Virus record (IMG/VR): IMGVR_UViG_3300048577_000101
Coordinates: 1 to 39,795 of that record
Strand: one strand, 5' to 3'
Source of the DNA: a virus
Lineage: Duplodnaviria; Caudoviricetes
Length of the DNA stretch: 39,795 bases
Part shown: positions 8,575 through 17,882 of the stretch, piece by piece
Position numbering within the stretch: position 1 is the stretch's first letter
Layout: every line of letters starts with the position of its first letter
Program-made: the position numbers and the translations under genes
Notes under the pieces: generated by a model
What the model was told of the DNA's origin: nothing
The model's database searches: none
The model's input: only the letters and a program-made list of their open reading frames with translations

Positions 8575-9100
8575 ACACGACGGCTGGACCGAGGAAGAGG
8601 ACGCCCGGCTGGAAGCGCTCCGCGCCGAGGGCAGGTCATGGCGCGCGATCGGTGATCGTCTTGACCGCTCCGAAGCCAGTTGCTCCCAGCGCATGACGCA
8701 GATTCGGGCTCGCCGCGGCGAGATGATGAAGTCTCGCGTGCCGTGGACCGACGAAGACGTGGCCGAAGTGATCCGGCTGCGCGAGGTCGAAGACCTGATG
8801 TGGTCCGAGATAGACCGTCGCATGCAGCGCCCTCGCGGATGCTCGGCGACCAAATACGACAGCCTGCGCCGGCAACCGCCGAAGCCGCGACCGAAGCCGC
8901 CGCAGGCCACCTACCAGGCGCACGCGACGCTGACCGGAGCGATCCTCGGAGATCCTTTGCCGGGCCGCTCTGCGCTCGATCGCAAGCGCGCCGGCATCGT
9001 CGATCCGCCCGTGGTTACTGCTACTGGTCGGCCGAGCTTCGAGCGTCTCGCAGCGGAAATGGCCGCGCGCATCACCCTTCCCGGAGCGCCACTGCGATGA
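8558..9100 (+). CDS. Tandem GcrA/Myb-like HTH regulator
   Basis: WTEEEDARLEALRAEGRSWRAIGDRLDRS and WTDEDVAEVIRLREVEDLMWSEI repeats. Confidence 0.7.
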   Translation: MAKVNRHDGWTEEEDARLEALRAEGRSWRAIGDRLDRSEASCSQRMTQIRARRGEMMKSRVPWTDEDVAEVIRLREVEDLMWSEIDRRMQRPRGCSATKYDSLRRQPPKPRPKPPQATYQAHATLTGAILGDPLPGRSALDRKRAGIVDPPVVTATGRPSFERLAAEMAARITLPGAPLR

Positions 9101-9321
9101 AACTCCAGCGCCACAAATGGTCCGACAAAACCGAATTCCCCTACAAGAGCGAGCGGGAATGCACCAAGGGCTGCGGCACCATCAAGGTCACCCGCCACGA
9201 GGGCAACCAGCACTGGATCGAATACTGGAAGGACCAGGAGAGGGTTTCGATCGGGAAGGCGCCGGTGTGCACGGCGGTCACCAAGGCCGTCGAATACGAT
9301 GCGAGGGCCTATCCGCTATGA
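9097..9321 (+). CDS. Hypothetical Cys/His protein
   Basis: RHKW...CTKGCG; ATGA coupling. Confidence 0.6.
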   Translation: MKLQRHKWSDKTEFPYKSERECTKGCGTIKVTRHEGNQHWIEYWKDQERVSIGKAPVCTAVTKAVEYDARAYPL

Positions 9322-9457
9322 CCGCACACCATCCCACCCTCCCAGCCTCTCATGGCTGCCTGCCTTCGTCACTTCGCGAGCGCGTCATGGCTCGTGTCTT
9401 TCCCCGTTATATGGGTTTTCAACAGGTGCATGGTTGGGCAAGGGTAATCATTCGAAC

Positions 9458-9709
9458 ATGAACTCGCGCCGGAAGCGTCGGGTCAAGACCTCGATGATGC
9501 AGGAGCAGAAAGGAATCTGCTTCTGGTGCCGACAGGTCATGCTCGTGCACGAGGCGACGTTCGATCACCTGATCCCGCGCTCGCGCGGCGGCCGCAACAA
9601 CCGCGGCAATCTCGTCCTCGCTCATGGCGACTGCAATGCTGGCCGCGGCAACACCATATGGCCGTTCGGCAAGGCGCCTCCAATCGTCGATCAGAAGGTT
9701 CAGGGTTAA
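9458..9709 (+). CDS. HNH endonuclease
   Basis: CFWC...TFDHLIPRSRGG.N...NLVLAH..CN. Confidence 0.85.
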   Translation: MNSRRKRRVKTSMMQEQKGICFWCRQVMLVHEATFDHLIPRSRGGRNNRGNLVLAHGDCNAGRGNTIWPFGKAPPIVDQKVQG

Positions 9710-10590
9710 TGGCGCGCATTCGTAGCATCCATCCGACGCTGTTCACGGATGAGGCCTTCGCTGGCCTCTCCATGGGCGGGCGCGTGCTGTTGTTCGGTTT
9801 GTGGACCGAGGCCGACGACCAGGGCGTCTTCGACTGGAAGCCGGTCACGCTCAAGATGAGGATCCTGCCGGCCGACAATGTCGACGTCCCGGAACTGCTG
9901 GCCGAGCTCCAACAGGCCAACGTCATCTGCCGCTTTGAGCAGGATGGCCGGCCCTATGGCGCTATCAGGAACTTCTGCAAGTTCCAGAAACCCAAAACGC
10001 CGAAATACCGCCCGCTCAACTCGGTCGAAATCCGCGCCTACGTGGCATCAACATACCCTTTGGCGGAAATCGATGCCGCTCAGCCCGACCCATTTCTCCA
10101 AAATGGAGAAATCGCTCCGCTGATGGAGGAGGGAGGAGGGAAGAGGGAGGAGGTAATTGTTGCTGTTGCGGAGGATGCGCGTGCGCGCGAGCCGCTTGTC
10201 GAGCAATCCGCCTTCGAACTTTCCGACCAGCTCCTCGTCATCGCAGGCCACGACCCGAAGTTCCCGCCGCCAGGCTGGTGCGGAGCGCCGATGCGCGTCC
10301 AGTCGTGGCTTAGCCAGGGCTGGCATCCGCAAATCATCCTCATTGCCGTCAAGGCCGCAGCCGCCCGCAAGACCGGGCCACCAGCGAATTCCGTCCAGTT
10401 TTTCGAAAAAGCCATCGTCGAAGAGATCGCGCGCCAGAACCGTCCCGTCCCGGAGATACCCGATGTCCACGTTCAAACCCCTCGCCAGAATCGAACGCGA
10501 GCGCAGGGAAACGCCTTCGCCCGCCTTGCAGCCCGGCTTGGACAACCTGCCGGCGATCCGCTCGACCGAAACGCGCCCGGCGATGGTTGA
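9709..10590 (+). CDS. Phage replication initiator (O-like)
   Basis: MARIRSIHP..FTDE...LLFGLWTEADDQG winged-helix N-terminus. Confidence 0.8.
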   Translation: MARIRSIHPTLFTDEAFAGLSMGGRVLLFGLWTEADDQGVFDWKPVTLKMRILPADNVDVPELLAELQQANVICRFEQDGRPYGAIRNFCKFQKPKTPKYRPLNSVEIRAYVASTYPLAEIDAAQPDPFLQNGEIAPLMEEGGGKREEVIVAVAEDARAREPLVEQSAFELSDQLLVIAGHDPKFPPPGWCGAPMRVQSWLSQGWHPQIILIAVKAAAARKTGPPANSVQFFEKAIVEEIARQNRPVPEIPDVHVQTPRQNRTRAQGNAFARLAARLGQPAGDPLDRNAPGDG

Positions 10591-11074
10591 CCGCCAGACC
10601 GATTTCGAGATCACGAAGCTGTGGCGCGACCGCGACGTCGACCGCAAACCGATCAACATCGCGCGGGCCTTGACCGATGACGAGCGGGCAGCCTGTGAGC
10701 GCAGGAAGCGCGATCTGCAATTGGGCACGGCGCCCTATGCGCCATCGGAGGGTGATCGCGTCGTCGCTGCGATCTCGCGCATGTTCGGCGGCAATCGCAC
10801 GATGGCCCGGATCGACGACGAATCCGCCGTCGCCGTGGCGGCAGGCCTGCTTCACATCCTGAAACCCTTTCCGCTGTGGGCGATCGAGGCAGGCTGCGAT
10901 GCGCTGCACGAAGGCGAGGCGGTTCTCAACGGCAAGACGCTCAGCCCCAACTATGCGCCGCACGATGCCGAGGTCCGGCTCGTCATCAAGGAAATCGTCA
11001 AACCCTATCGGGATGCGCTGGACAATGTGACAGCGCTGCTCGCTGCACCCGTGCGTGATGCGAGGTCGGCATGA
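10583..11074 (+). CDS. Putative replication accessory / helicase loader (start may be 10463)
   Basis: Follows initiator; LKPFPLWAIEAGC..YAP helical domain; function by position. Confidence 0.5.
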   Translation: MVDRQTDFEITKLWRDRDVDRKPINIARALTDDERAACERRKRDLQLGTAPYAPSEGDRVVAAISRMFGGNRTMARIDDESAVAVAAGLLHILKPFPLWAIEAGCDALHEGEAVLNGKTLSPNYAPHDAEVRLVIKEIVKPYRDALDNVTALLAAPVRDARSA

Positions 11075-11502
11075 GCCGGAAGAAAAAGCCAGAAGCCGAA
11101 TGGAAGCCACGCCCCAGCTATGCGTGGAACAGCCCCGAGGCGAGGGCGATCAAGATGCTGCATGAGATCGTCGATCGTACCTCGGCATTCTTCGCCATTT
11201 GGCGCAGCAAGGAAGATGGATCGGTCACCTTCTCGAAGGACATCACCCCGCAGATCATGCGCTTTGCGGATGAGGCGATCGCAGATCGATCTACCTGGGT
11301 GACGCTGACCTATCAGCAGGGCTGGGCATGGGAGGAATTCTTCGACACGATTTTCCCCAAGGCTGCGTTCCGCCAGCACATGCGCGAAGGATCCAAGGCC
11401 CCATGGCCATGGCCGCCATCGATCGAAGGCAAGACATACCCCGATGGGCCCGGCCCAACGGCAAAGGACTGCGAAGAGCTTTCAAGCGAAGGTCAAAGGT
11501 GA
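11071..11502 (+). CDS. Hypothetical protein
   Basis: ATGA-coupled 143-aa ORF. Confidence 0.6.
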   Translation: MSRKKKPEAEWKPRPSYAWNSPEARAIKMLHEIVDRTSAFFAIWRSKEDGSVTFSKDITPQIMRFADEAIADRSTWVTLTYQQGWAWEEFFDTIFPKAAFRQHMREGSKAPWPWPPSIEGKTYPDGPGPTAKDCEELSSEGQR

Positions 11503-11509
11503 GGGAACG

Positions 11510-12172
11510 ATGCTGATGGTTGAACAACAGTCGGACCATGTTCGGCAGTATCACGCGCACTTCGCTGCGGAGAAGCGGGCAGAGGAACGCAAGGCTGCAC
11601 GTGAAGCGCCTGGGCCAAAGTGGTATATCGTGCAGTGCCTTCGCGGGTCTGATCGTCAGGCCCTCGACGCCTTCGAGCGATACAATCTCGAAACCTACTA
11701 TCCGACCGTGATGCAGATGAAGCCGATGCCCAGGCGCATGATGTCGGCTGCGCAGCGCCGGTCAGGACTTACCGTGATGCAGCCCCGGGAAGCTGCCGTC
11801 TTTCCCCGCTACGTGTTTACCCGGTTCGATATCCGCGTGCGGGGTTGGCGTGAGGCCTTCGATTATGCCGGCGTCGGCCTGATGGGGCAGAAGGGCATGC
11901 CGATCTGGATGCCTGACGAGACCATCGAGCGGGTCAAGGCGCGTGTAGGTTCGCCGATCACCGCAGCGGATACGTTGCGGGTGTTCTTCGGGGTTGGCGA
12001 AAGGGTGATGGTGAACAACGGTCCGTTCGCTTCATTCCCGGGAATTGTGGAAGAAGGCCTCGATGTACCGATCGAGCAGCTAGACGCCAGCATGCGAATC
12101 AAGGTAGCGGTCCAGATATTCGGACGCGCCACTCCCGTTGAGCTGGAAGTCTGGCAGGTCTCGAAGTCCTAG
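11510..12172 (+). CDS. nusG: NusG-family antiterminator paralogue at the lambda Q position
   Basis: NGN: KWYIVQC...FPRYVF; KOW: GERVMVNNGPFASFPGIVEE...VQIFGRATPVEL. Confidence 0.9.
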   Translation: MLMVEQQSDHVRQYHAHFAAEKRAEERKAAREAPGPKWYIVQCLRGSDRQALDAFERYNLETYYPTVMQMKPMPRRMMSAAQRRSGLTVMQPREAAVFPRYVFTRFDIRVRGWREAFDYAGVGLMGQKGMPIWMPDETIERVKARVGSPITAADTLRVFFGVGERVMVNNGPFASFPGIVEEGLDVPIEQLDASMRIKVAVQIFGRATPVELEVWQVSKS

Positions 12173-12180
12173 CGTTCAAG

Positions 12181-12240
12181 CAGCCACCCAAGTAGCCACG
12201 CTAAGAGCCACCCTTGCAGCCACCCTGTTGGCCACGCAAA
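12181..12240 (+). repeat. 5 x 12-bp tandem repeat, core GCCAC(C/G)C
   Basis: GCCAC at 12183, 12195, 12207, 12219, 12231. Confidence 0.9.
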
Positions 12241-12257
12241 GTGCAGCGCAATGGATC

Positions 12258-12283
12258 AAGCCCCGGCATCGTCCGGGGCTTTT
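12258..12283 (+). terminator. Intrinsic terminator
   Basis: AAGCCCCGG-catcgt-CCGGGGCTT-TT. Confidence 0.75.
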
Positions 12284-12447
12284 GCATTTAGTGATAGAGA
12301 TTCATAGAATTCCCATCAGCCCGGAGCACAGGCTATGTGAACCGACACGCCGGCAGGCGCCACCCTTTGGATGTTCCCAGTACGCCCGGTCGCCTTGCAA
12401 GCGCCGGGCGATTTGATTCCATAGGGTGTGCGGTAGCCAATTCGCCG

Positions 12448-12520
12448 CTGTCGCATGGCCCTCTTCGTGGGCGTTTCCTCCCTAGACTTGGGCCGCTTGT
12501 TCATTCAAGCGGCCCTTTTT
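12448..12520 (+). ncRNA. alpha-r8 / suhB / MmgR-like small RNA with its own terminator
   Basis: GCCC hairpin, TTTCCTCCCT-AGACTT core (12474-12489), GGGCCGCTTG/CAAGCGGCCC-TTTTT; candidate -35 TTGATT at 12413; 5' end approximate. Confidence 0.7.
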
Positions 12521-12524
12521 GTAG

Positions 12525-13379
12525 ATGCCAGTCGCTCCACCTACGTTTCGCCCCAAGGGTGCCCGTACCAAGCGGGAGCGTGATCAGCAGCATGATCCGC
12601 GCCGCGAGCCTTGGAGAATTTGGTACAAGCAGCCGATTTGGCGTCGCCTTCGCGAATCGCAGCTTCGGCGCGAGCCGTTGTGTGCGAATTGCCTGTTGAT
12701 CCATGAGGAAGTCCGCGCTGCGGAAGTCGTTCATCATGACAAGCCACATCGCGGTGATTGGGACCTGTTCTGTGATCCCGACAATCTGGAATCGGTGTGC
12801 AAGCGTTGCCACGATGGAGAGATACAGCGCGGCGAGCGGGCCGGTTGGTCAGACCGGGGATGGACGATAGAGGGCCATCGCATACCACCACGTGTGGTGC
12901 AGCCTTTTGGCCTCAAGCCATCTGCGATCCCGCTGACGATGATCTGCGGTGCGCCTGGCTCAGGCAAAAGCACCTACATCGAAAAGCATCGAGGTGAAAA
13001 CGATATCCTGATCGATATCGACGCCATCCTGCAGGACCTGTCTGGTGACGTGGTGAGAACGCAGGAGCGCAGGGATCGGTACCTGTTAGATGCGTTCATG
13101 GAGCGCAATCGACGGCTTAGTGCGCTGGCGGATGAGACAAGGCCGATAGCGGCATGGTTCATCATCGGTGCACCTAAGCCCTCAATGCGTGAGGCTTGGG
13201 CCAAGCAGCTCTCTCCTGTTGCTGTTGTGGTCATGGAGACGGCCCCGCACGTATGCATTGAGCGCATCAATGCAGCGCCACAGCGCGCGCCCACAGCAAG
13301 GGGCATGGTCAATGGGGTGCGTACATGGTGGGACCGATACGAGCGATCGGACATCGACACACTACGGCTAGTGGTTTGA
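12525..13379 (+). CDS. Packaging-associated HNH endonuclease fused to P-loop kinase/AAA domain
   Basis: EPLCANC...VVHHDKPHRGD...NLESVCKRCHD; GAPGSGKST Walker A. Confidence 0.85.
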   Translation: MPVAPPTFRPKGARTKRERDQQHDPRREPWRIWYKQPIWRRLRESQLRREPLCANCLLIHEEVRAAEVVHHDKPHRGDWDLFCDPDNLESVCKRCHDGEIQRGERAGWSDRGWTIEGHRIPPRVVQPFGLKPSAIPLTMICGAPGSGKSTYIEKHRGENDILIDIDAILQDLSGDVVRTQERRDRYLLDAFMERNRRLSALADETRPIAAWFIIGAPKPSMREAWAKQLSPVAVVVMETAPHVCIERINAAPQRAPTARGMVNGVRTWWDRYERSDIDTLRLVV

Positions 13380-13380
13380 C

Positions 13381-13475
13381 CCCGGGGGGGGTGGTCAAAA
13401 CTCTGTGTCAAGTCCTCGACGGACCGACGGCCCCACAGCAAGAACTTTTTCGCGAGTTTTCGAAGGATTTTTTTT
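13381..13475 (+). other. Probable cos/packaging initiation region
   Basis: CCCGGGGGGGG...GGACCGACGGCCCC...T-tracts between HNH and terS, the usual layout in HK97-like cos phages. Confidence 0.55.
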
Positions 13476-13478
13476 CCT

Positions 13479-14051
13479 ATGGGCCGTCGAGGACCAAAAC
13501 CGCAGCCGTCAGGCGTGAAGGATCAGAAGGCGCCGGTGCGCAGCAAGCAGCGCAAGACGGCGAAGGCTGCGCTGCCGAGCATGCCGGCAGCGTCGGGCGT
13601 GGCGCCGGCCTGGCTGAAGGGTGAGGCGCTGAAGATTTTCCAGCGGATGGCTGCGCCGCTGCGCAGCATGAAGCTGCTGACCGAGACGGATGTTCCCGCG
13701 TTCGCCCGCTACTGCACGCACTATGCGCGCTGGCTCGATCTCCAGAAGCGCATGAAGACGGGCGGCGACATCTACTCGATCGAGACCGCGTCGGGGAAGG
13801 TGCTCCGCGCCCATCCTGCGTTCACGATGGCCGACAGGCTCGACCGCATGATGCTGGCCTTCGAGGATCGGTTCGGGCTCAACCCGGCGGAGCGCCAGCG
13901 CATCATGGCGGCGCGCGCCAACACGGGTGCGACGGGCGACATGTTCGGCAATGCGGCGCCCGGCAAGGATGTGCCTCGGGCTGATGATCCTGTCGCCGAA
14001 GCCGCGCCTGCGGCCGAACCGACTGAAGGGCCGATTGGCCTGCTGAACTGA
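13479..14051 (+). CDS. terS: Terminase small subunit (P27 family)
   Basis: MGRRGPKP...APAWL...YC...HPA...FGLNPAER. Confidence 0.92.
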   Translation: MGRRGPKPQPSGVKDQKAPVRSKQRKTAKAALPSMPAASGVAPAWLKGEALKIFQRMAAPLRSMKLLTETDVPAFARYCTHYARWLDLQKRMKTGGDIYSIETASGKVLRAHPAFTMADRLDRMMLAFEDRFGLNPAERQRIMAARANTGATGDMFGNAAPGKDVPRADDPVAEAAPAAEPTEGPIGLLN

Positions 14052-15775
14052 TGTCCGCGAAGCGTAAGACGATCGAGCCGCCGCGTCCGCTCGCGCTGAA
14101 GGCGTTTCCGAACGCGGTGTGGGACGGTGAGTTCTGGCGCGAGGGTGAGTTCTGGTATGACGAGCGCACGGCCGACAAGGCGGCGGCGTTCTTCCCGAAC
14201 CACCTGGTGTTTACCGAGGGCGAATGGGCGGGGCGTCCGTTCGTCCTGGAGGACTGGGAAGAGCAGGATATCGTCCGGCCGCTGTTCGGCTGGAAGCGGG
14301 CGGATGGCACGCGCAGATTCCGCCGATGCTTCGTCTGGATCGCGCGCAAGAACGGCAAGACGGAACTGGCCGCCGGCATCGCACTGCTGATCCTGGTCGG
14401 TGACGCCGAGATGGGCGGCCAGGTGTTCTCGATCGCCTCGGAAGAGGCGCAGGCCAAGATCGTGTTCACCAAGGCGAGCAACATGGCGGTGCGTACGCCG
14501 GTGCTCGCGCAGAAGCTGGAATGCTTAGGGAAGGTGATCTACTGCCCGGAGTTGAACGGGTCGTTCCGTCCGCTTTCGGGCAAGCCGAAGGGCAAGCACG
14601 GGTTGAACATGTCCGGTCTCGTCGGTGACGAGATCCACGAATGGCCGACGGGCGAGTTGTATACGTTCGTGCACGACAGTGCCGCAGCCCGGCGCCAGCC
14701 GCTGGAGTTCCTGATCTCGACCGCGGGCCAGAAGGGAACGCACGGCGAGGAAGTCTTCAAGGAATGCCAGGCGATACTGGCAGGCGATCTCGAAGACCCC
14801 GAGACGATGGTCGTGATCTATGCCCCCGCCGAGGATGACGACTGGACCGCGGAAGAGACCTGGCGCAAGGCGAACCCGAATTTTGGGAAGTCCGTCAAGG
14901 TCGAGCCGTTCATGGCCGACTTCAAGCGGGCAAGGCAGCTCCCGCGGCTCGAGAACGACTTCAAGCGGTACCGGCTGAACATCTGGACCGACCAGGCGGT
15001 GCGCTGGTTGCCGATGGACTCGGTGGATGATGAGGGCAGGCGGTTCGGCTGGGATCATTGCGCCGGTCCGATTGCGTGGAACGATCCGCAGTTCGAGGCG
15101 CGCCTGATCGGCAAGCGCACGTTCGGCGGGCTCGATCTGTCGTCGACACAGGATTTGTCGGCGCTGCTGTGGTGGTTTCCGGTTCAGGAAGGGCTCGACG
15201 TTCCCGTGGCGCTGGTGCGGGCCTACAAGCCGGCCGATCTCGTGAAGGAACACGCCAAGCGGGATCGTCAGCCCTATGAACGATGGGTGAAGGAAGGCGC
15301 GCTGTTCACGACGCCGGGCAACGTCGTCGACTACGGCTTCATCGAGAAGCAGGTTCTCGCTGACGCCACCAAGTTCCGGATTGCCTGTTACGGGCAGGCC
15401 AAGCGGGAAGCGCACGAAGGCGGGCTTGCGATCGACCGGTTCAATGCGACCGGGACCGCGGTTCGCCTCGAGCAGGAAGGCATCCCGGTCGTCTTGTATG
15501 GGCAGGGGTTCGTCTCGCTGTCGGCGCCATCGAAGGAAATCGAGCGCCTTGTGATGGCGAACGGCTTTCACCATGGCGGCCACCCGTTGTTTCGGCGGCA
15601 TGCGCAATCGGTCGCGATCGTCACGGACGATGCGGAGAACATCAAGCCGACGAAGGCGAAGTCGAACGGCCGCATCGATCTTGTCGCGGCCCTGGTGAAT
15701 GCGCTGGGGATCGCGATCGCGGCGCCGGTAGAAGAGAAATCCGTCTACGAGACCCGCGGCGCGCTGGTCCTTTGA
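14051..15775 (+). CDS. terL: Terminase large subunit
   Basis: ARKNGKT Walker A, VGDEIH Walker B, ISTAG, GLDLSSTQD, RIDLVAA. Confidence 0.96.
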   Translation: MSAKRKTIEPPRPLALKAFPNAVWDGEFWREGEFWYDERTADKAAAFFPNHLVFTEGEWAGRPFVLEDWEEQDIVRPLFGWKRADGTRRFRRCFVWIARKNGKTELAAGIALLILVGDAEMGGQVFSIASEEAQAKIVFTKASNMAVRTPVLAQKLECLGKVIYCPELNGSFRPLSGKPKGKHGLNMSGLVGDEIHEWPTGELYTFVHDSAAARRQPLEFLISTAGQKGTHGEEVFKECQAILAGDLEDPETMVVIYAPAEDDDWTAEETWRKANPNFGKSVKVEPFMADFKRARQLPRLENDFKRYRLNIWTDQAVRWLPMDSVDDEGRRFGWDHCAGPIAWNDPQFEARLIGKRTFGGLDLSSTQDLSALLWWFPVQEGLDVPVALVRAYKPADLVKEHAKRDRQPYERWVKEGALFTTPGNVVDYGFIEKQVLADATKFRIACYGQAKREAHEGGLAIDRFNATGTAVRLEQEGIPVVLYGQGFVSLSAPSKEIERLVMANGFHHGGHPLFRRHAQSVAIVTDDAENIKPTKAKSNGRIDLVAALVNALGIAIAAPVEEKSVYETRGALVL

Positions 15776-15784
15776 GGAACATTG

Positions 15785-17056
15785 ATGGCACTCCGCTGGC
15801 CCTGGTCTCAGAAAGCTGCCGTCGCGCCGCAGAACGCGATGCAGGATTCCAGCGGCGGCGTGCTGATTCAGACGGCAGCCGAGTTGGATCAGTTCCTGAA
15901 GGACGGTCAGGTCACGAAGTCCGGCGCCGTGGTGACGCCGGATACCGCGATGCGCCAGGGTGCAGTCTATGCGTGCGTGCGGCTCCTGACAGGGCCGCCG
16001 GCGACGTTGCCGCTCGCCATTAACCGGCGGGTCGACGAGCGCACGCGGGAAGACGCGTCGGATACCGAACTCTGGAAGGTGCTCAATCGCAAGCCGAACG
16101 GCTGGCAGAAACCGCACCAGTTCAAGCGCATGATGATGGCGCATGTGCTGTTGCGCGGGAATGGGGTCGCGCTGAAGGTGATGTCGCGCGGATTGCTGCA
16201 GCAACTCATTCCGCTTGACCCGGATCGAACCGAGATCAAGCAGAACGACGATCTGACGCTGCGGTTCGAGTACACGCGCAAGAATGGCACCCGCGAGACG
16301 TTCCAGCAGAAAGAGATATTCCATCTCTTCGGCCTCACGCTGAACGGCTATTCCGGCGTCACGCCGATCACCTACGCCCGTGAGACGATCGGGCTGGCGC
16401 TGGCGCAGGAGGATTACGGGTCGAGCACCTTCAAGAACGGGATTCGCGCGAGCGGCGTGCTGACGACGGATCAGAAGATCAGCAACGATGCCCGCTCGAA
16501 TTTGAAGGAAAGCCTCGACGACTATCGCAACGGTGGGGACAGCGAGGGCAAATTCCTGATCCTCGAAGAGGGGCTGAAGCCGAGCGAAGTCAAGATGTCC
16601 GCGCAGGATGCGCAGTGGATCGAGGCGCGGAAGCTGTCGCGCTCCGACATCGCGATGTTCTTCGGCGTCCCGCCCTCGATGATCGGCGACAATTCGGGCT
16701 CCGATTCCAATTGGGGGACCGGGCTGGAGCAGAAGGCGAACGGCTTCGTCACCTTCACGCTCGAAGACTACCTGACCATGTGGGAGGAAGGGATCACGAT
16801 CGATCTCAATTCCGATCCTGCGATCTATGCGCGCTACAACCGCGCGGCGCTGGTCAAGGGCGACATCAAGGCCCGGTGGGATGCTTACACCAAGGGCCTG
16901 CAGTGGGGCGTGTGGTCGCCCAACGAGGTGCGAGCCCTGGAAGATCGCAACCCTCGCGAGGGCGGGGACATCTATTACCCGCCGCCGAACACGGCCGGCG
17001 GCGACAAACCTTCAGACGACAAGGAAGACGACGATGTCACTCCGAAACCTGCCTGA
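15785..17056 (+). CDS. HK97-family portal protein
   Basis: AVYACVRLL, LLRGNG, IAMFFGVPP, SPNEVRALED. Confidence 0.95.
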   Translation: MALRWPWSQKAAVAPQNAMQDSSGGVLIQTAAELDQFLKDGQVTKSGAVVTPDTAMRQGAVYACVRLLTGPPATLPLAINRRVDERTREDASDTELWKVLNRKPNGWQKPHQFKRMMMAHVLLRGNGVALKVMSRGLLQQLIPLDPDRTEIKQNDDLTLRFEYTRKNGTRETFQQKEIFHLFGLTLNGYSGVTPITYARETIGLALAQEDYGSSTFKNGIRASGVLTTDQKISNDARSNLKESLDDYRNGGDSEGKFLILEEGLKPSEVKMSAQDAQWIEARKLSRSDIAMFFGVPPSMIGDNSGSDSNWGTGLEQKANGFVTFTLEDYLTMWEEGITIDLNSDPAIYARYNRAALVKGDIKARWDAYTKGLQWGVWSPNEVRALEDRNPREGGDIYYPPPNTAGGDKPSDDKEDDDVTPKPA

Positions 17057-17873
17057 AGCCAAATCGTTCCAGCGCCCGCAGAACTTCCAGTGGGATGCGC
17101 CATCGGACGTGCTGGCGCGCTGGGCTGAAAAGCCGCTGGCGGCGGAGGCGGACGATCCGAACACCATCACGATCTTCGACGTGATCGGTGAGGACTTCTG
17201 GTCGGGTGGCGGATTTACGGCCAAGCGCATGGCCGGCGCCCTGCGCGGCATCGGCAAGAATGCGGTGACGGTTAAGATCAATTCGCCCGGCGGCGACATG
17301 TTCGAGGGTATCGCGATCTACAACCTGCTGCGCGAGCATCCCGCCAAGGTGACGATCGAAGTGATGGGCTGGGCGGCGTCCGCGGCTTCGATCATCTCGA
17401 TGGCCGGCGACGAAATCCGGATGGGGCTCGGCACCTTCATGATGGTGCACAATGCCTGGGGTATGGTCGTCGGCAATCGCCATGACATGCGCGATGCCGC
17501 GGATCTGTTCGAGGGGTTTGACGCAGCCATCGTCGACATCTACGCGTCCCGCGCCAAGGTCGACCGCAAGGCAATTGCGAAGCTGATGGATGCGGAAACC
17601 TTCATGGGTCCGAGCGAGGCCGTGGAGAAGGGCTTTGCCGACGTGGTCGCTGACGATCTCAAGGCTGTGGACGACACTTCGTCCAAGGCGAGTGCCAGCA
17701 ATACGCGTAATCGAGTTGAAATGATTCTGGCGAGAGCAGGCGTGCCGCGTTCCGAGCGGCGCAAAATGCTTCGCGAGGTGGCCGGCATGCCTGGCGCTGC
17801 TGGAACGGTCACGCCTAGCGCTGATCTTAACCCGGCTTCCCTTCGGGAGCTGATCGACATCATCAAATCATAG
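17034..17873 (+). CDS. ClpP-like (S14) head maturation protease
   Basis: INSPGGDMFEGIAIYN, AASAASII, MVHNAW, EAVEKGFAD. Confidence 0.93.
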   Translation: MSLRNLPEAKSFQRPQNFQWDAPSDVLARWAEKPLAAEADDPNTITIFDVIGEDFWSGGGFTAKRMAGALRGIGKNAVTVKINSPGGDMFEGIAIYNLLREHPAKVTIEVMGWAASAASIISMAGDEIRMGLGTFMMVHNAWGMVVGNRHDMRDAADLFEGFDAAIVDIYASRAKVDRKAIAKLMDAETFMGPSEAVEKGFADVVADDLKAVDDTSSKASASNTRNRVEMILARAGVPRSERRKMLREVAGMPGAAGTVTPSADLNPASLRELIDIIKS

Positions 17874-17882
17874 GGGCTTCAG

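Noticed and set aside
12181-12240. CRISPR array or coding repeat (ORF 12138-12416)
   Set aside because: 12-nt period has no room for spacers; no cas genes; the ORF lacks a good start and crosses a terminator
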